64,000 bases of DNA from Anaerolineales bacterium (GTDB lineage Bacteria; Chloroflexota; Anaerolineae; Anaerolineales; UBA11579), in the NCBI GenBank assembly GCA_040902265.1, contig JBBDXQ010000108.1:1706-65705 (forward strand). The letters are read 5' to 3'. The notes below the pieces were generated by a model, which did not search any database, was not told the origin of the DNA, and saw only the letters and a program-made list of their open reading frames with translations. Made by a program: the position numbers and the translations under genes. Positions 26,844 through 35,550 of the stretch are shown piece by piece (the first letter of the stretch is position 1; each line of letters starts with the position of its first letter).

Positions 26844-28409
26844 ATGCCAAAACAAATAAGCCCACCAGTAATATTAAGAATGAATTTTCAAAATATTGGC
26901 GCAACTTTAGCCGGCCTGCTGCTACCATCATTCGTGTTGGCATGGATTTCCTCGCGCTTCACTGCAATATCTGGCTGGCCTTCTTTCTTTGCGATCCTCA
27001 TCGTTTGTGCCGTACTCTATTGGTTGGCCTGGCGCACTTTGCGCGCCGAGCCCCTGCCGCGCTGGTTGTTATGGCTGACGCTGATAGCGGCCCTATTGCG
27101 TCTGGCGCTTGGTGTCGTTTGGTTCATTGCATTGCCCGCTGGAGGCTACGAAACCGAGGTACAGCAAGCTGGCTATGTAATGGAGGATGCTTACAACCGC
27201 GACCAGGCTGCCTGGGAACTGGCGCAGTCTGACCAACCTTTGCTCGTTTCATTTCAAGGATACAGTTCCACAGACCAGTATGGTGGGTTGTTGTTTATGA
27301 GCGCCGCGGCCTATCGCTACCTGGGGGGAACGGAGCATCAACCACTGCTGGTGTTGAGCTTGGCCGCCTCTTTCTCATCGCTCGCAATTCCATTCACCTG
27401 GGCTTTTGGTCGACGCGTCTTTGGCGGCAAAGTGGCTCTCGGGGCGGCCTGGGGATTGGCTCTCTATCCGGAAGCAGTCTTGCTTGGTTCGTCCCAAATG
27501 CGAGAGGCTTTCACCGTCTGCCTCGTCCCGTTGGCAATCTATGGCCTCTTGCGCTTCCGCGAAAAACCGGATTGGCGCAATCTGGCGATATTAGTAGCCC
27601 CGATGGTTTTATCGATTCCGCTTACTTGGGCGTTCACGCCTTCATTTGTCCTGCTTCTGGCGCTCATGTATTTGGCGCTGGAGGATTGGCGCTGGCTGCA
27701 TTCGCCCAAAGCCTGGATTGCCTTGGCCTTACTGGCTCTTATTCTGGTTACCGGTTTCTTATTGTTTGTAGATCAAAATAGCCTATGGTTGGTGCAATCA
27801 GCTAAATGGCAGGCTTATGTCAGCGCTAACTCTTCGGGTTGGGTAGCGCGTCAATTTGAGCGCATGCCACTGTTCGCGCAGATTCCCTTTCTGGTGATAT
27901 ACGGCATCTTGCGTCCGTTGCTGCCAGCCGCCCTGGTGGCCAGCGGACCAATCATCTGGATGACGATCGGAATTTGGCGTGCCCTGGGCTGGACTGTATT
28001 GCTGGCACTGCTGCTCTATGGCAGCTATTTGGCCGTAAAAACCAAAAGTTGGCGTCAGGCTCCTGGAGCTCTGATATTAGCCAATTGGATAGTGATCCTC
28101 ACTACTTCTTATCGCGGTGGCGGTGACCTTTGGGATAGCCCGCGCTATCGAAGCGCTTTCGCAGCGGTACAGGTTCTACTGGCTTCCTGGGCCTGGTTTC
28201 AATATAGAGACACCAAGGATCCCTGGTTGCGCCGGGTGGCTGTCGGGGCCGCGTTGATAATGGGCTGGTTCGTGCCCTGGTATTTACGTCGCTACTCCAA
28301 TTTCGATTGGCCGATAGTTGAGCTTTATCAAGTGATTGGGTTGGGGGTGGCAAGCGCGGTCTTGTTTATCCTCTGGGACTGGATGGGGCCGAATAAGCAA
28401 ATGCCTTGA
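26844..28409 (+). CDS. polytopic membrane protein, unknown function (possibly GT-C-like)
   Basis: 521-aa ORF with about 12 or more hydrophobic segments. An acidic first loop is present ('ETEVQQAGYVMEDAYNRDQAAWELA'). No family recognised by eye. Confidence 0.5.
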   Translation: MPKQISPPVILRMNFQNIGATLAGLLLPSFVLAWISSRFTAISGWPSFFAILIVCAVLYWLAWRTLRAEPLPRWLLWLTLIAALLRLALGVVWFIALPAGGYETEVQQAGYVMEDAYNRDQAAWELAQSDQPLLVSFQGYSSTDQYGGLLFMSAAAYRYLGGTEHQPLLVLSLAASFSSLAIPFTWAFGRRVFGGKVALGAAWGLALYPEAVLLGSSQMREAFTVCLVPLAIYGLLRFREKPDWRNLAILVAPMVLSIPLTWAFTPSFVLLLALMYLALEDWRWLHSPKAWIALALLALILVTGFLLFVDQNSLWLVQSAKWQAYVSANSSGWVARQFERMPLFAQIPFLVIYGILRPLLPAALVASGPIIWMTIGIWRALGWTVLLALLLYGSYLAVKTKSWRQAPGALILANWIVILTTSYRGGGDLWDSPRYRSAFAAVQVLLASWAWFQYRDTKDPWLRRVAVGAALIMGWFVPWYLRRYSNFDWPIVELYQVIGLGVASAVLFILWDWMGPNKQMP

Positions 28410-28429
28410 GTCCAATCCACTGCAAGACT

Positions 28430-28455
28430 TGTTATAATTCAACTGTTGAATTATA
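28430..28455. promoter_or_regulatory. extended -10 (TGtTATAAT) embedded in a perfect 11-bp inverted repeat (TATAATTCAAC-t-GTTGAATTATA); candidate promoter/operator of the regulator gene
   Basis: Read directly: cttgtTATAATTCAACtGTTGAATTATAgag. It lies in the 36-nt gap between the membrane-protein gene and the wHTH gene. Confidence 0.5.
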
Positions 28456-28961
28456 GAGCCAGTGTGGATCCGAATATCGACACCTCCCGCGACATGCTCC
28501 TTTTGGAGCATATCGAAATCGATCCTGATGTAACACAGGCATCCCTCGCTGCGCTGTTGGGTATTGCCGTGGGCACGGTGAATTGGCACTTAAAACGCTT
28601 GGTGGCCAAAGGGTATGTGAAGGTAAAGCGAGCCCAGCGCCGCAAGTTACGCTATATCATCACGCCTCAAGGCCTCAGTCGCCGAGCCCGACTGACAGTG
28701 AATTATGTAGAGCATTCTATGCAGCTTTATCGCAAGACACGCCGACGAGTGGGCCAGTTGCTGGACGAAGTCAAAAGGGCCGGGTATCAGGGTGTGCACA
28801 TCGATAAACTCAACGGCGACCCCGAAGACATTGCAGATATCTGCAAATTGACCTGCCTTGAGCAGGGCATGCTCTTGTTGCCGGAGCAGGAACCCGGCCC
28901 AACTCTGCGAGTGCATGGCCACAAGGTGCAACTGGAATGGGAACCCATGCATGAGCGCTAA
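28446..28961 (+). CDS. MarR-type winged-helix regulator (EPS-locus-associated MarR subfamily)
   Basis: 171-aa ORF. 'LLLEHIEIDPDVTQASLAALLGIAVGTVNWHLKRLVAKGYVKVKRAQRRKLRYIITPQGLSRRARLT' matches my recollection of the EPS-associated MarR pattern (HTH, then a wing with ..KL.Y.LTP.G). Start is uncertain: TTG 28446, GTG 28464 or ATG 28494. Confidence 0.65.
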   Translation: MNYRASVDPNIDTSRDMLLLEHIEIDPDVTQASLAALLGIAVGTVNWHLKRLVAKGYVKVKRAQRRKLRYIITPQGLSRRARLTVNYVEHSMQLYRKTRRRVGQLLDEVKRAGYQGVHIDKLNGDPEDIADICKLTCLEQGMLLLPEQEPGPTLRVHGHKVQLEWEPMHER

Positions 28962-29988
28962 AAAGACAGGCAAACCGTCCGAAAGAGAGCACATTCTTAT
29001 CACCGGGGGAGCCGGTTATATCGGCTCCCTGCTGGCCGGCGAATTATTGAGGGCGGGCTACCGCGTAACCGTTCTCGACAAGCTCCTATTTGGCGGCGAC
29101 TCGTTGGTGAATTACCTGGCGGACCCCAATTTTTACTTTGCCAAAGTGGATGTCTGGGAGCCGCGGGCTTTGCGCGAAGTGTTCAAGGGCCAGAATCGGG
29201 CTCCAGACGCGGTGGTGCACCTGGCGGCTATTGTCGGGTTCCCCGCCTGCCAGGCAGTCGGCCGCCCCGTGGCGTGGCGTTACAACGTGGAAGCCACCCA
29301 GCACGTGTTCGAACAGGCCGAAGAACTGGGGACGAAGCGGTTCGTTTTCGCATCGACCTACAGCACGTATGGGCACTCTCAAAATGGTCATGTGGTCACC
29401 GAAGATTCACCACTCAATCCTCATTCTCTGTACGCCGAAACAAAAATTGCAGCCGAGGAAGCATTGCTCGGCCAAAAGAACGCTAACTGCGTTTCGCTGA
29501 TTTTCCGCCTGGCAACCTTATATGGCATTTCTCCGCGAACCCGTTTTGATCTGATCGTGAACCAATTTGTATTGGATGCGTACACAAAGCGAGAGCTGCT
29601 TATCTATCAGCGCGGCTATTCGCGCTCCTTCGTGCATGTGCGTGATGTGGTGGCCGGTTTTATATTGGGTTTGGAAGCTTCCGAAGCGAAAGTGCGCGGC
29701 CAGATCTTCAATTTGGGTACTGAGAAGGGCAACTACAGTAAAGATAAGATCGTCGAATTTGTGCTCAAGCGGCTGCCTGAAACTATGGTGCGCTATAAGG
29801 ACCTGACTTTTGGTGGCGACATGCGTGACATTAGCGTGTCGTTCGATAAGATAAGCCGCGAGCTTGGCTATAAGACTCAATTTAATGTTGATGATGGCGT
29901 GCGCGAAGTTCTGCACGCATTGCAAGAGGGGTTGATCAAGAATCCACAGGATGAACGATTTCGCAACGCCCAATTCATAGTCCGGTAG
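28951..29988 (+). CDS. NAD-dependent sugar-nucleotide epimerase/dehydratase (extended SDR)
   Basis: ATG 28951 ('MSAKKTGKPSEREHILITGGAGYIGS'). The track ORF's N-terminal 31 codons overlap the regulator gene and look non-coding. Catalytic 'ASTYSTYG...SLYAETKIAAE' (S...YxxxK). Confidence 0.8.
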   Translation: MSAKKTGKPSEREHILITGGAGYIGSLLAGELLRAGYRVTVLDKLLFGGDSLVNYLADPNFYFAKVDVWEPRALREVFKGQNRAPDAVVHLAAIVGFPACQAVGRPVAWRYNVEATQHVFEQAEELGTKRFVFASTYSTYGHSQNGHVVTEDSPLNPHSLYAETKIAAEEALLGQKNANCVSLIFRLATLYGISPRTRFDLIVNQFVLDAYTKRELLIYQRGYSRSFVHVRDVVAGFILGLEASEAKVRGQIFNLGTEKGNYSKDKIVEFVLKRLPETMVRYKDLTFGGDMRDISVSFDKISRELGYKTQFNVDDGVREVLHALQEGLIKNPQDERFRNAQFIVR

Positions 29989-30954
29989 GTGATGATGGTT
30001 GAGAACCAGTATTGGAATGGTAAACGAGTGACGGTAACCGGCGGGGGAGGCTTTCTGGGCTCTTTTATCGTCGAAAATTTGCGCGCCAGAGGTGCGAAGG
30101 AGATCTTCGTGCCACGTCGCAGGGATTATGACCTGGTGCAGACGGGCGAGATCAGCCGAATGCTGGACGCAGCTAACGCTGACGTGATCATTCATGCGGC
30201 TGCCCTGGCAGGTGGTATCGGCGTCAACCGGGAGCGACCGGCTGATTTTTTCTACACTAACTTGATGATGGGCGCTCCTTTGATGCACCAAGCATGGGAA
30301 CGCGGCGTGAAGAAGTTTGTCGCCCTCGGGACCATTTGCTCGTATCCCAAGTTCGCTCCAATACCATTTCGTGAAGAAGACCTTTGGGAAGGCTACCCGG
30401 AAGAGACCAATGCTCCTTACGGCCTGGCCAAAAAAATGCTGCTGGTGCAGGCCCAGGCTTATCGCCAGCAATATGGCTTCAATGCCATCTTCCTTTTACC
30501 AGTTAACCTCTACGGGCCTCGTGACAATTTTGACTTGGAAACGTCGCATGTGATTCCGGCTCTCATCCACAAATTTATTGAAGCTGAAGAACGGAAGGAT
30601 AAGCAGGTAGAACTTTGGGGCGATGGATCGCCAACCCGCGAATTCCTCTATGTGGAAGACGCCGCTGAGGGGGTGGTATTGGCCGCCGAACGCTTTGAAG
30701 GTAGTGAACCGGTAAACCTTGGGTCTGGCCGCGAGATCAGCATTAAAGACCTGGCTGAGATGATTGCTCGCCTTATCGGTTACGAAGGCGAGTTTGTTTG
30801 GAATACAGATAAGCCTAACGGCCAACCACGCCGCTTACTGGATGTGAGTCGCGCAGAGTCCTTCTTCGGATTCCGCGCGGGCACGGACTTCGAAGAAGGA
30901 TTGCGTAAAACCATCGAGTGGTATCGCCAGCATCGGAAAGTTGCCATCAAATGA
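29989..30954 (+). CDS. fcl: GDP-L-fucose synthase family (GDP-4-keto-6-deoxymannose 3,5-epimerase/4-reductase)
   Basis: 321-aa ORF, collinear with E. coli Fcl/WcaG as I recall it: '[12 protein letters not shown]', '[11 protein letters not shown]', '[26 protein letters not shown]', '[15 protein letters not shown]', '[14 protein letters not shown]'. Confidence 0.85.
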   Translation: MMMVENQYWNGKRVTVTGGGGFLGSFIVENLRARGAKEIFVPRRRDYDLVQTGEISRMLDAANADVIIHAAALAGGIGVNRERPADFFYTNLMMGAPLMHQAWERGVKKFVALGTICSYPKFAPIPFREEDLWEGYPEETNAPYGLAKKMLLVQAQAYRQQYGFNAIFLLPVNLYGPRDNFDLETSHVIPALIHKFIEAEERKDKQVELWGDGSPTREFLYVEDAAEGVVLAAERFEGSEPVNLGSGREISIKDLAEMIARLIGYEGEFVWNTDKPNGQPRRLLDVSRAESFFGFRAGTDFEEGLRKTIEWYRQHRKVAIK

Positions 30955-31817
30955 TCGATAGCAAAGCCTTGGCCGCGAAAGTAGAAGCGCCTACTGTGCT
31001 TATCAAACCGCAGCGCGGCTTGGTGGGTCTCGATTTACGTGAGCTGTTTCGCTTCCGTGAACTGATCTTTTTCCTCACCTGGCGGGATATTTTGGTGCGT
31101 TACAAGCAGACTTTGCTTGGCGGTACCTGGGCGATCGTGCAACCACTATTGCAAATGCTTATATTTAATGTGTTATTTGGTGACATTGCCGGGTTATCCA
31201 GCGGCGGCATCCCGCGTCCACTGTTTACCTATTCCGCCCTGCTTCCCTGGAACCTGTTCTCTACCGCTATTGGTGAAGCCGGACGTTCTCTGGTAACCAA
31301 TCGCAGTATGATCACCAAAGTCTACTTCCCGCGCGTGGTGGTGCCCCTGTCTTCGGTGCTTAGCGGCGTGGTGGACTTTGCGGTGGCTTTCGTCGTGCTG
31401 GCTGGGATGATGCTTTATTTCGGCGTCATGCCTACATCGGGGATTTGGGGCTTGCCATTTTATTTGTTGCTTTCGTTGGTAACCGCCCTGGGTGTAGGTC
31501 TTTGGCTCGCGGCGTTGAATGTGCATTACCGCGATGTGCGTCACATCATCCCCTTTCTAACCCAGTTCTGGATGCTCGCCACCCCTATTGCTTATGAAGC
31601 CAGCGAGATCTTTGAGCGCTTGCCGCAAGGACTTGAATGGCTTTATGCGTTAAATCCCATGGTGGGTGTGGTTGAAGGCTTTCGCAATGCCCTGGTGGGT
31701 ACACCGATCTTCTCTGCCGGTATGTTGTGGATCTCACTGATCACTTCATTCGTACTGCTTCTCACCGGTCTGATTTATTTCCGCCGAATGGAACGCACCT
31801 TTGCGGATGTCGTATAG
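30951..31817 (+). CDS. wzm: ABC-2-type polysaccharide export permease
   Basis: ATG 30951 forms an ATGA overlap with fcl. '[36 protein letters not shown]' is the ABC-2 signature start. Six hydrophobic segments. Confidence 0.8.
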   Translation: MIDSKALAAKVEAPTVLIKPQRGLVGLDLRELFRFRELIFFLTWRDILVRYKQTLLGGTWAIVQPLLQMLIFNVLFGDIAGLSSGGIPRPLFTYSALLPWNLFSTAIGEAGRSLVTNRSMITKVYFPRVVVPLSSVLSGVVDFAVAFVVLAGMMLYFGVMPTSGIWGLPFYLLLSLVTALGVGLWLAALNVHYRDVRHIIPFLTQFWMLATPIAYEASEIFERLPQGLEWLYALNPMVGVVEGFRNALVGTPIFSAGMLWISLITSFVLLLTGLIYFRRMERTFADVV

Positions 31818-31818
31818 C

Positions 31819-33102
31819 ATGAGCGAATACGCAATCAACGTCGAGGGGTTGGGCAAACGCTATCGCTTGGGTGGCAAGGTGGAGCGCTACCGCACATTGC
31901 GCGACTCGCTCAGCAGCGCGTTTTCATGGCCTGCGCGCATGTTAAAAGGCGAGCTGCGCCGAGGCGCGGAGACCATCTGGGCGTTGCGGGATATCTCTTT
32001 CCAAGTGCGCCAGGGGCAAGTGCTGGGTGTGATCGGTCGCAATGGCGCGGGAAAAAGCACGCTGTTGAAGATCCTCTCGCGGGTCACTGAACCCACCACT
32101 GGCTTTGCTGAAATCCATGGTCGGGTTGGGTCTTTGCTCGAAGTCGGCACAGGCTTCCACCCCGAATTAACCGGACGTGAAAATATTTACTTGAATGGCG
32201 CAGTTTTGGGAATGAAGCGCCGAGAAATTGCTGGCAAGTTCGATGAGATCGTGGATTTTTCCGGGGTTGCAAAATTCATCGATACAGCTGTGAAACATTA
32301 TTCCAGTGGCATGTACCTGCGCCTGGCATTTTCGGTAGCCGCCCACCTGGAGCCCGAGATACTAGTCGTGGATGAAGTACTGGCGGTCGGTGATGCTGAG
32401 TTCCAGCGCAAATGCCTTGGCAAGATGAGCGATGTGGCCGAGGCTGGCCGCACCGTGCTTTTTGTCAGCCACAACATGTCGGCTATATTACGCCTCACGG
32501 AAGAGTCGATCGTTTTGGAAAAAGGGGAGTTGGTTTTTCGAGCACCCACACGCCAGGCGGTTGACCACTATATGGCCTCCGGTCTTTCGCAGAGTGGCGA
32601 ACGGATTTGGCAGGCAAATGAAATACCTACTGACGCTGCCCCCTTTAAACCATTAGCCTTGCGCGTGCGCGATACCCAGGGAAGGGTGGTAGAAACAGTC
32701 CAGTCCCGCCAGCCGCTGGAAATTGAGATTGAATACGAAGTAGACAAACCGATTCAGGGATTGCGAGTAGGCGTTTATTTACAAACTATGCGCGGCGAAA
32801 CTGTGCTCACTTCGTTCGATACGGACGAGCCAGTCCAATATGAAAAATACGCCACGCGGCCTGCTGGCCGCTACCTCAGCCGCGCTGAAATACCCGCTGA
32901 CTTCCTTAACGAAGGACAGTACGTGCTTGGATTGAACGCGTCCTCCTTCCGTGTGCGTCGTTATTTTCAGGAAGAACGCGCCTTGGCGTTCGTGGTGGAT
33001 GCCATGGGAGCGCCTGGCATGCAATGGCCGGAACCACGTCAAGGGTTCGTTCGACCGAGGCTTGATTGGCGTATTGAACAAGTCCAAAGAGTCAAAGCTT
33101 AA
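31819..33102 (+). CDS. wzt: polysaccharide-export ABC ATPase with a C-terminal glycan-binding-type domain
   Basis: Walker A 'GRNGAGKSTLLKIL', signature 'YSSGMYLRLAFSVA', Walker B 'ILVVDEVLAVGD'. A further ~180 aa are beta-rich ('PLEIEIEYEVDKPIQGLRVGVYL...GQYVLGLNA'), like Wzt C-terminal carbohydrate-binding domains. Start is 31819, with 31801 or 31807 as alternatives. Confidence 0.85.
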   Translation: MSEYAINVEGLGKRYRLGGKVERYRTLRDSLSSAFSWPARMLKGELRRGAETIWALRDISFQVRQGQVLGVIGRNGAGKSTLLKILSRVTEPTTGFAEIHGRVGSLLEVGTGFHPELTGRENIYLNGAVLGMKRREIAGKFDEIVDFSGVAKFIDTAVKHYSSGMYLRLAFSVAAHLEPEILVVDEVLAVGDAEFQRKCLGKMSDVAEAGRTVLFVSHNMSAILRLTEESIVLEKGELVFRAPTRQAVDHYMASGLSQSGERIWQANEIPTDAAPFKPLALRVRDTQGRVVETVQSRQPLEIEIEYEVDKPIQGLRVGVYLQTMRGETVLTSFDTDEPVQYEKYATRPAGRYLSRAEIPADFLNEGQYVLGLNASSFRVRRYFQEERALAFVVDAMGAPGMQWPEPRQGFVRPRLDWRIEQVQRVKA

Positions 33103-33103
33103 G

Positions 33104-34693
33104 ATGCTGGCCGGGACAAGGATTAAACGTGTATTGGGCGAAGTGCCGCTGGCTGCCGAGCTGGACTGGGCGTTGCGTGGCCGCGGGGCACCGGTGGACG
33201 GTTTCAAGTTGGAGGAATTAAAGGCCTCTTTGCCTAACTGGTGCCGGCAAGTTAAAGACTCGCCTTTGCGCGACCAAAAGGGTTGCAAGGCGTTGGTATA
33301 TGCCACTCTCCACTATTGGATTAACCACGCTGCTCTGCTTTCCCTGGCGTTGGTAGGACAGGGTCATGAAACCACCCTGGCTTATTCGCCCTACGCTAAC
33401 TGGAAGAAGGCGATTACCAAGTTTGACCTGCGGCAGCGTGACGCTTACGCGCGCAAGGTGCTGAAACCGGCTGAGGAACTTATTAGTATTAAATCATTTT
33501 TGGCACCTGCCGATCGGCCTCTGCCCAGTTCACTGGCCGATGCGATCGAATCCGTGTCGATCATGGATGCGCAATACACCCTTCAAGTGGAGGAAGTGGA
33601 CAAGGGTAGTAACTTGTTTCAGCTCCGCCTGGAACGCAACAAAGCTGCTGCGGCTGCTGCCTTGACTTGGCTGCAGGCTGAAAGCCCGGACGTAGTCATC
33701 TTGCCCAATGGGCTGATCCTGGAATTTGGCGCGGTATTCTATGCAGCCCGCCACCTCAACATCCCGGTTGTCAGTTACGAATTCGGCGAGCAGCACGACC
33801 GTATTTGGCTTGCTCGAAATACCTCTGTTATGCATCAGGAGACTGAGGTCCTCTGGCGGGCAAAACAGGATGCGACCTTTGGCACGGAGCAACGTGCCCA
33901 GGTGCAGAAGTTATTCACCAGCCGTCAGGCAGCTGGGCTCTTCGGCTCGTTCTATCGCCGTTGGCAGAACCTTCCGGCTGAGGGTGCCGATGTGGTACGC
34001 TCTAAGTTGGGTTTAGACCACCGCCCGGTGGTCTTGCTGGCAGCCAATGTGATCGGTGATAGCCTTACGTTGGGGCGCGCTTCCTTCACAGGCGATATGA
34101 GTACCTGGCTGCAGCGCACGCTGGTCTTTTTCGCCGAACGCAAGGACGTGCAGTTCGTGCTGCGCGTCCATCCTGGAGAGCGCAACTTGCAAGGCCCTTC
34201 GGTGGCCGAGCTCGTTCACCAAGTGCTTGCTGAATTGCCCAACCACTTCCATGTGGTTGCAGCTGAGGATTCGATCAATACCTACGACTTAATTGCACTA
34301 GCTGACCTCGGCCTGGTCTACACCACCACAGTAGGTTTAGAAATGGCGATGAGCGGTTTGCCCGTCATCGTTGCAGGCCGAACCCACTACCGTGGCAAAG
34401 GTTTTACACTTGACCCCGCAAACTGGGAAGATTACTTTTCGGGACTGGAAGAAGCTCTACAGGATTTAGCAGCGGCAAAACTAAACCCGCACCAGATCGA
34501 CACAGCCTGGAGTTACGCCTACCGTTTCTTCTTCGATTATCCTCAACCCTTCCCCTGGCACCTATTGCATTTCTGGAAGGATGTTGAAACAACACCGTTA
34601 AGTAGCGTATTTTCGGAGCTGGGACAAAGCCAATTTGTTCGCACGTTTGATTATTTAGTGGGTCGCCCTTTCCCCTGGGAGAATCTGCAATGA
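33104..34693 (+). CDS. GT-B-like protein, capsule-synthesis (KpsC/KpsS, GT107-like) layout; paralogue of 54937-56526
   Basis: ATG 33104 lies 1 nt after the wzt stop; the track ORF's 51 upstream codons overlap wzt. 'VVLLAANVIGDSLT', 'VQFVLRVHPGE', 'LIALADLGLVYTTTVGLEMAMSGLPVIVAGRTHY' are collinear with 'VPVFTNVIFDTSQ', 'LFVIRAHPDE', 'LIQRAHFVMVYNSSIGLEASIMNKPVLCAGAARY' in the 54937 ORF. Confidence 0.5.
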   Translation: MLAGTRIKRVLGEVPLAAELDWALRGRGAPVDGFKLEELKASLPNWCRQVKDSPLRDQKGCKALVYATLHYWINHAALLSLALVGQGHETTLAYSPYANWKKAITKFDLRQRDAYARKVLKPAEELISIKSFLAPADRPLPSSLADAIESVSIMDAQYTLQVEEVDKGSNLFQLRLERNKAAAAAALTWLQAESPDVVILPNGLILEFGAVFYAARHLNIPVVSYEFGEQHDRIWLARNTSVMHQETEVLWRAKQDATFGTEQRAQVQKLFTSRQAAGLFGSFYRRWQNLPAEGADVVRSKLGLDHRPVVLLAANVIGDSLTLGRASFTGDMSTWLQRTLVFFAERKDVQFVLRVHPGERNLQGPSVAELVHQVLAELPNHFHVVAAEDSINTYDLIALADLGLVYTTTVGLEMAMSGLPVIVAGRTHYRGKGFTLDPANWEDYFSGLEEALQDLAAAKLNPHQIDTAWSYAYRFFFDYPQPFPWHLLHFWKDVETTPLSSVFSELGQSQFVRTFDYLVGRPFPWENLQ

Positions 34694-35550
34694 TCGACAG
34701 CGATCGCGATATCAAGCGACAGGTCCGTGAGTTTTATGATCGGGTTGGTTGGAAGGAGGTCTCCGAAGGTGTGTTCCAGAATGCGCGCTACGAAGACCTG
34801 CGTCCTGTTTCGCAGGAATATATCCATCGCTGCCACCAACGTGTGGCCCGCCACCTGGCTTCCAAAGGGCGCTTTTTTTTGGACGCTGGGTCGGGTCCCA
34901 TCCAGTATCCCGAATACATCGAATATTCAAAGGGGTACGATAAACGCGTATGTGCAGATGTTTCACACACCGCGCTGAAGGCTGCTCGCCAGCGCGTTGG
35001 TGACCATGGTTTGTTCGTCGTTGCTGATATTTCCAACTTACCTTTTTCCAGCGATGTCTTTGAGGGCATTGTCTCACTGCACACAATTCATCACTTGCCA
35101 CAAAACCAGCACGTGACAGCCTACGAGGAATTGCACAGAGTGTTGGCGAAGGGGTGCACCGCAGTGGTGGTCAATGGTTGGGATCATTCCCGCATGATGG
35201 GTTTTTTCAATCGCATCAAGCGTGTCATCCTGCGTACGCGCCATAGACGTTTTGGCCGAAAGCGCGGTATGTATGCCAACACAGCAGCTACCGCTTCACA
35301 GGAGGGGATTAAGGGAACATTCGTCGAGAAACACGATCCGGGCTGGTTAAAGCTGGCTCTGAACGGGCGCTTTGAGTATCGCGTCTTGGTCTGGCGCAGC
35401 GCCGGCACCAATTTCTTGCGCTTCTTTATTCGCGAGCGTTGGTTTGGTAGATATTTCCTGCGGTTACTCTTCCGACTGGAAGAACTCTTCCCACGATATT
35501 TTGGGGAAGTGGGCCGCTATCCCATGCTAGTGGTTACCAAGGCGAAATGA
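34690..35550 (+). CDS. class I SAM-dependent methyltransferase
   Basis: 286-aa ORF with an ATGA overlap. 'FFLDAGSGPIQYPEY', 'RVCADVSHTALKAARQR', 'FEGIVSLHTIHHL'. Confidence 0.7.
   Translation: MIDSDRDIKRQVREFYDRVGWKEVSEGVFQNARYEDLRPVSQEYIHRCHQRVARHLASKGRFFLDAGSGPIQYPEYIEYSKGYDKRVCADVSHTALKAARQRVGDHGLFVVADISNLPFSSDVFEGIVSLHTIHHLPQNQHVTAYEELHRVLAKGCTAVVVNGWDHSRMMGFFNRIKRVILRTRHRRFGRKRGMYANTAATASQEGIKGTFVEKHDPGWLKLALNGRFEYRVLVWRSAGTNFLRFFIRERWFGRYFLRLLFRLEELFPRYFGEVGRYPMLVVTKAK

Noticed and set aside
29518-30471. 317-aa minus-strand ORF, the longest antisense ORF in the window
   Set aside because: It lies entirely antisense to two + strand genes with unmistakable family signatures (the extended SDR and Fcl) and spans their junction. 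Its translation is His/Gln/Leu-rich with no recognisable motif. Long antisense frames are expected opposite GC-biased coding sequence.
32951-33103. N-terminal extensions of track ORFs that overlap the preceding gene (32951-33103, 42969-43169, 45459-45626, 28858-28950, 5528-5626, 9457-9522, 40514-40531)
   Set aside because: In each case an internal ATG sits 0-4 nt from, or overlaps, the upstream stop codon and begins the recognisable domain. The extension overlaps the upstream gene's conserved C-terminus in another frame and has odd composition. The shorter start was used.
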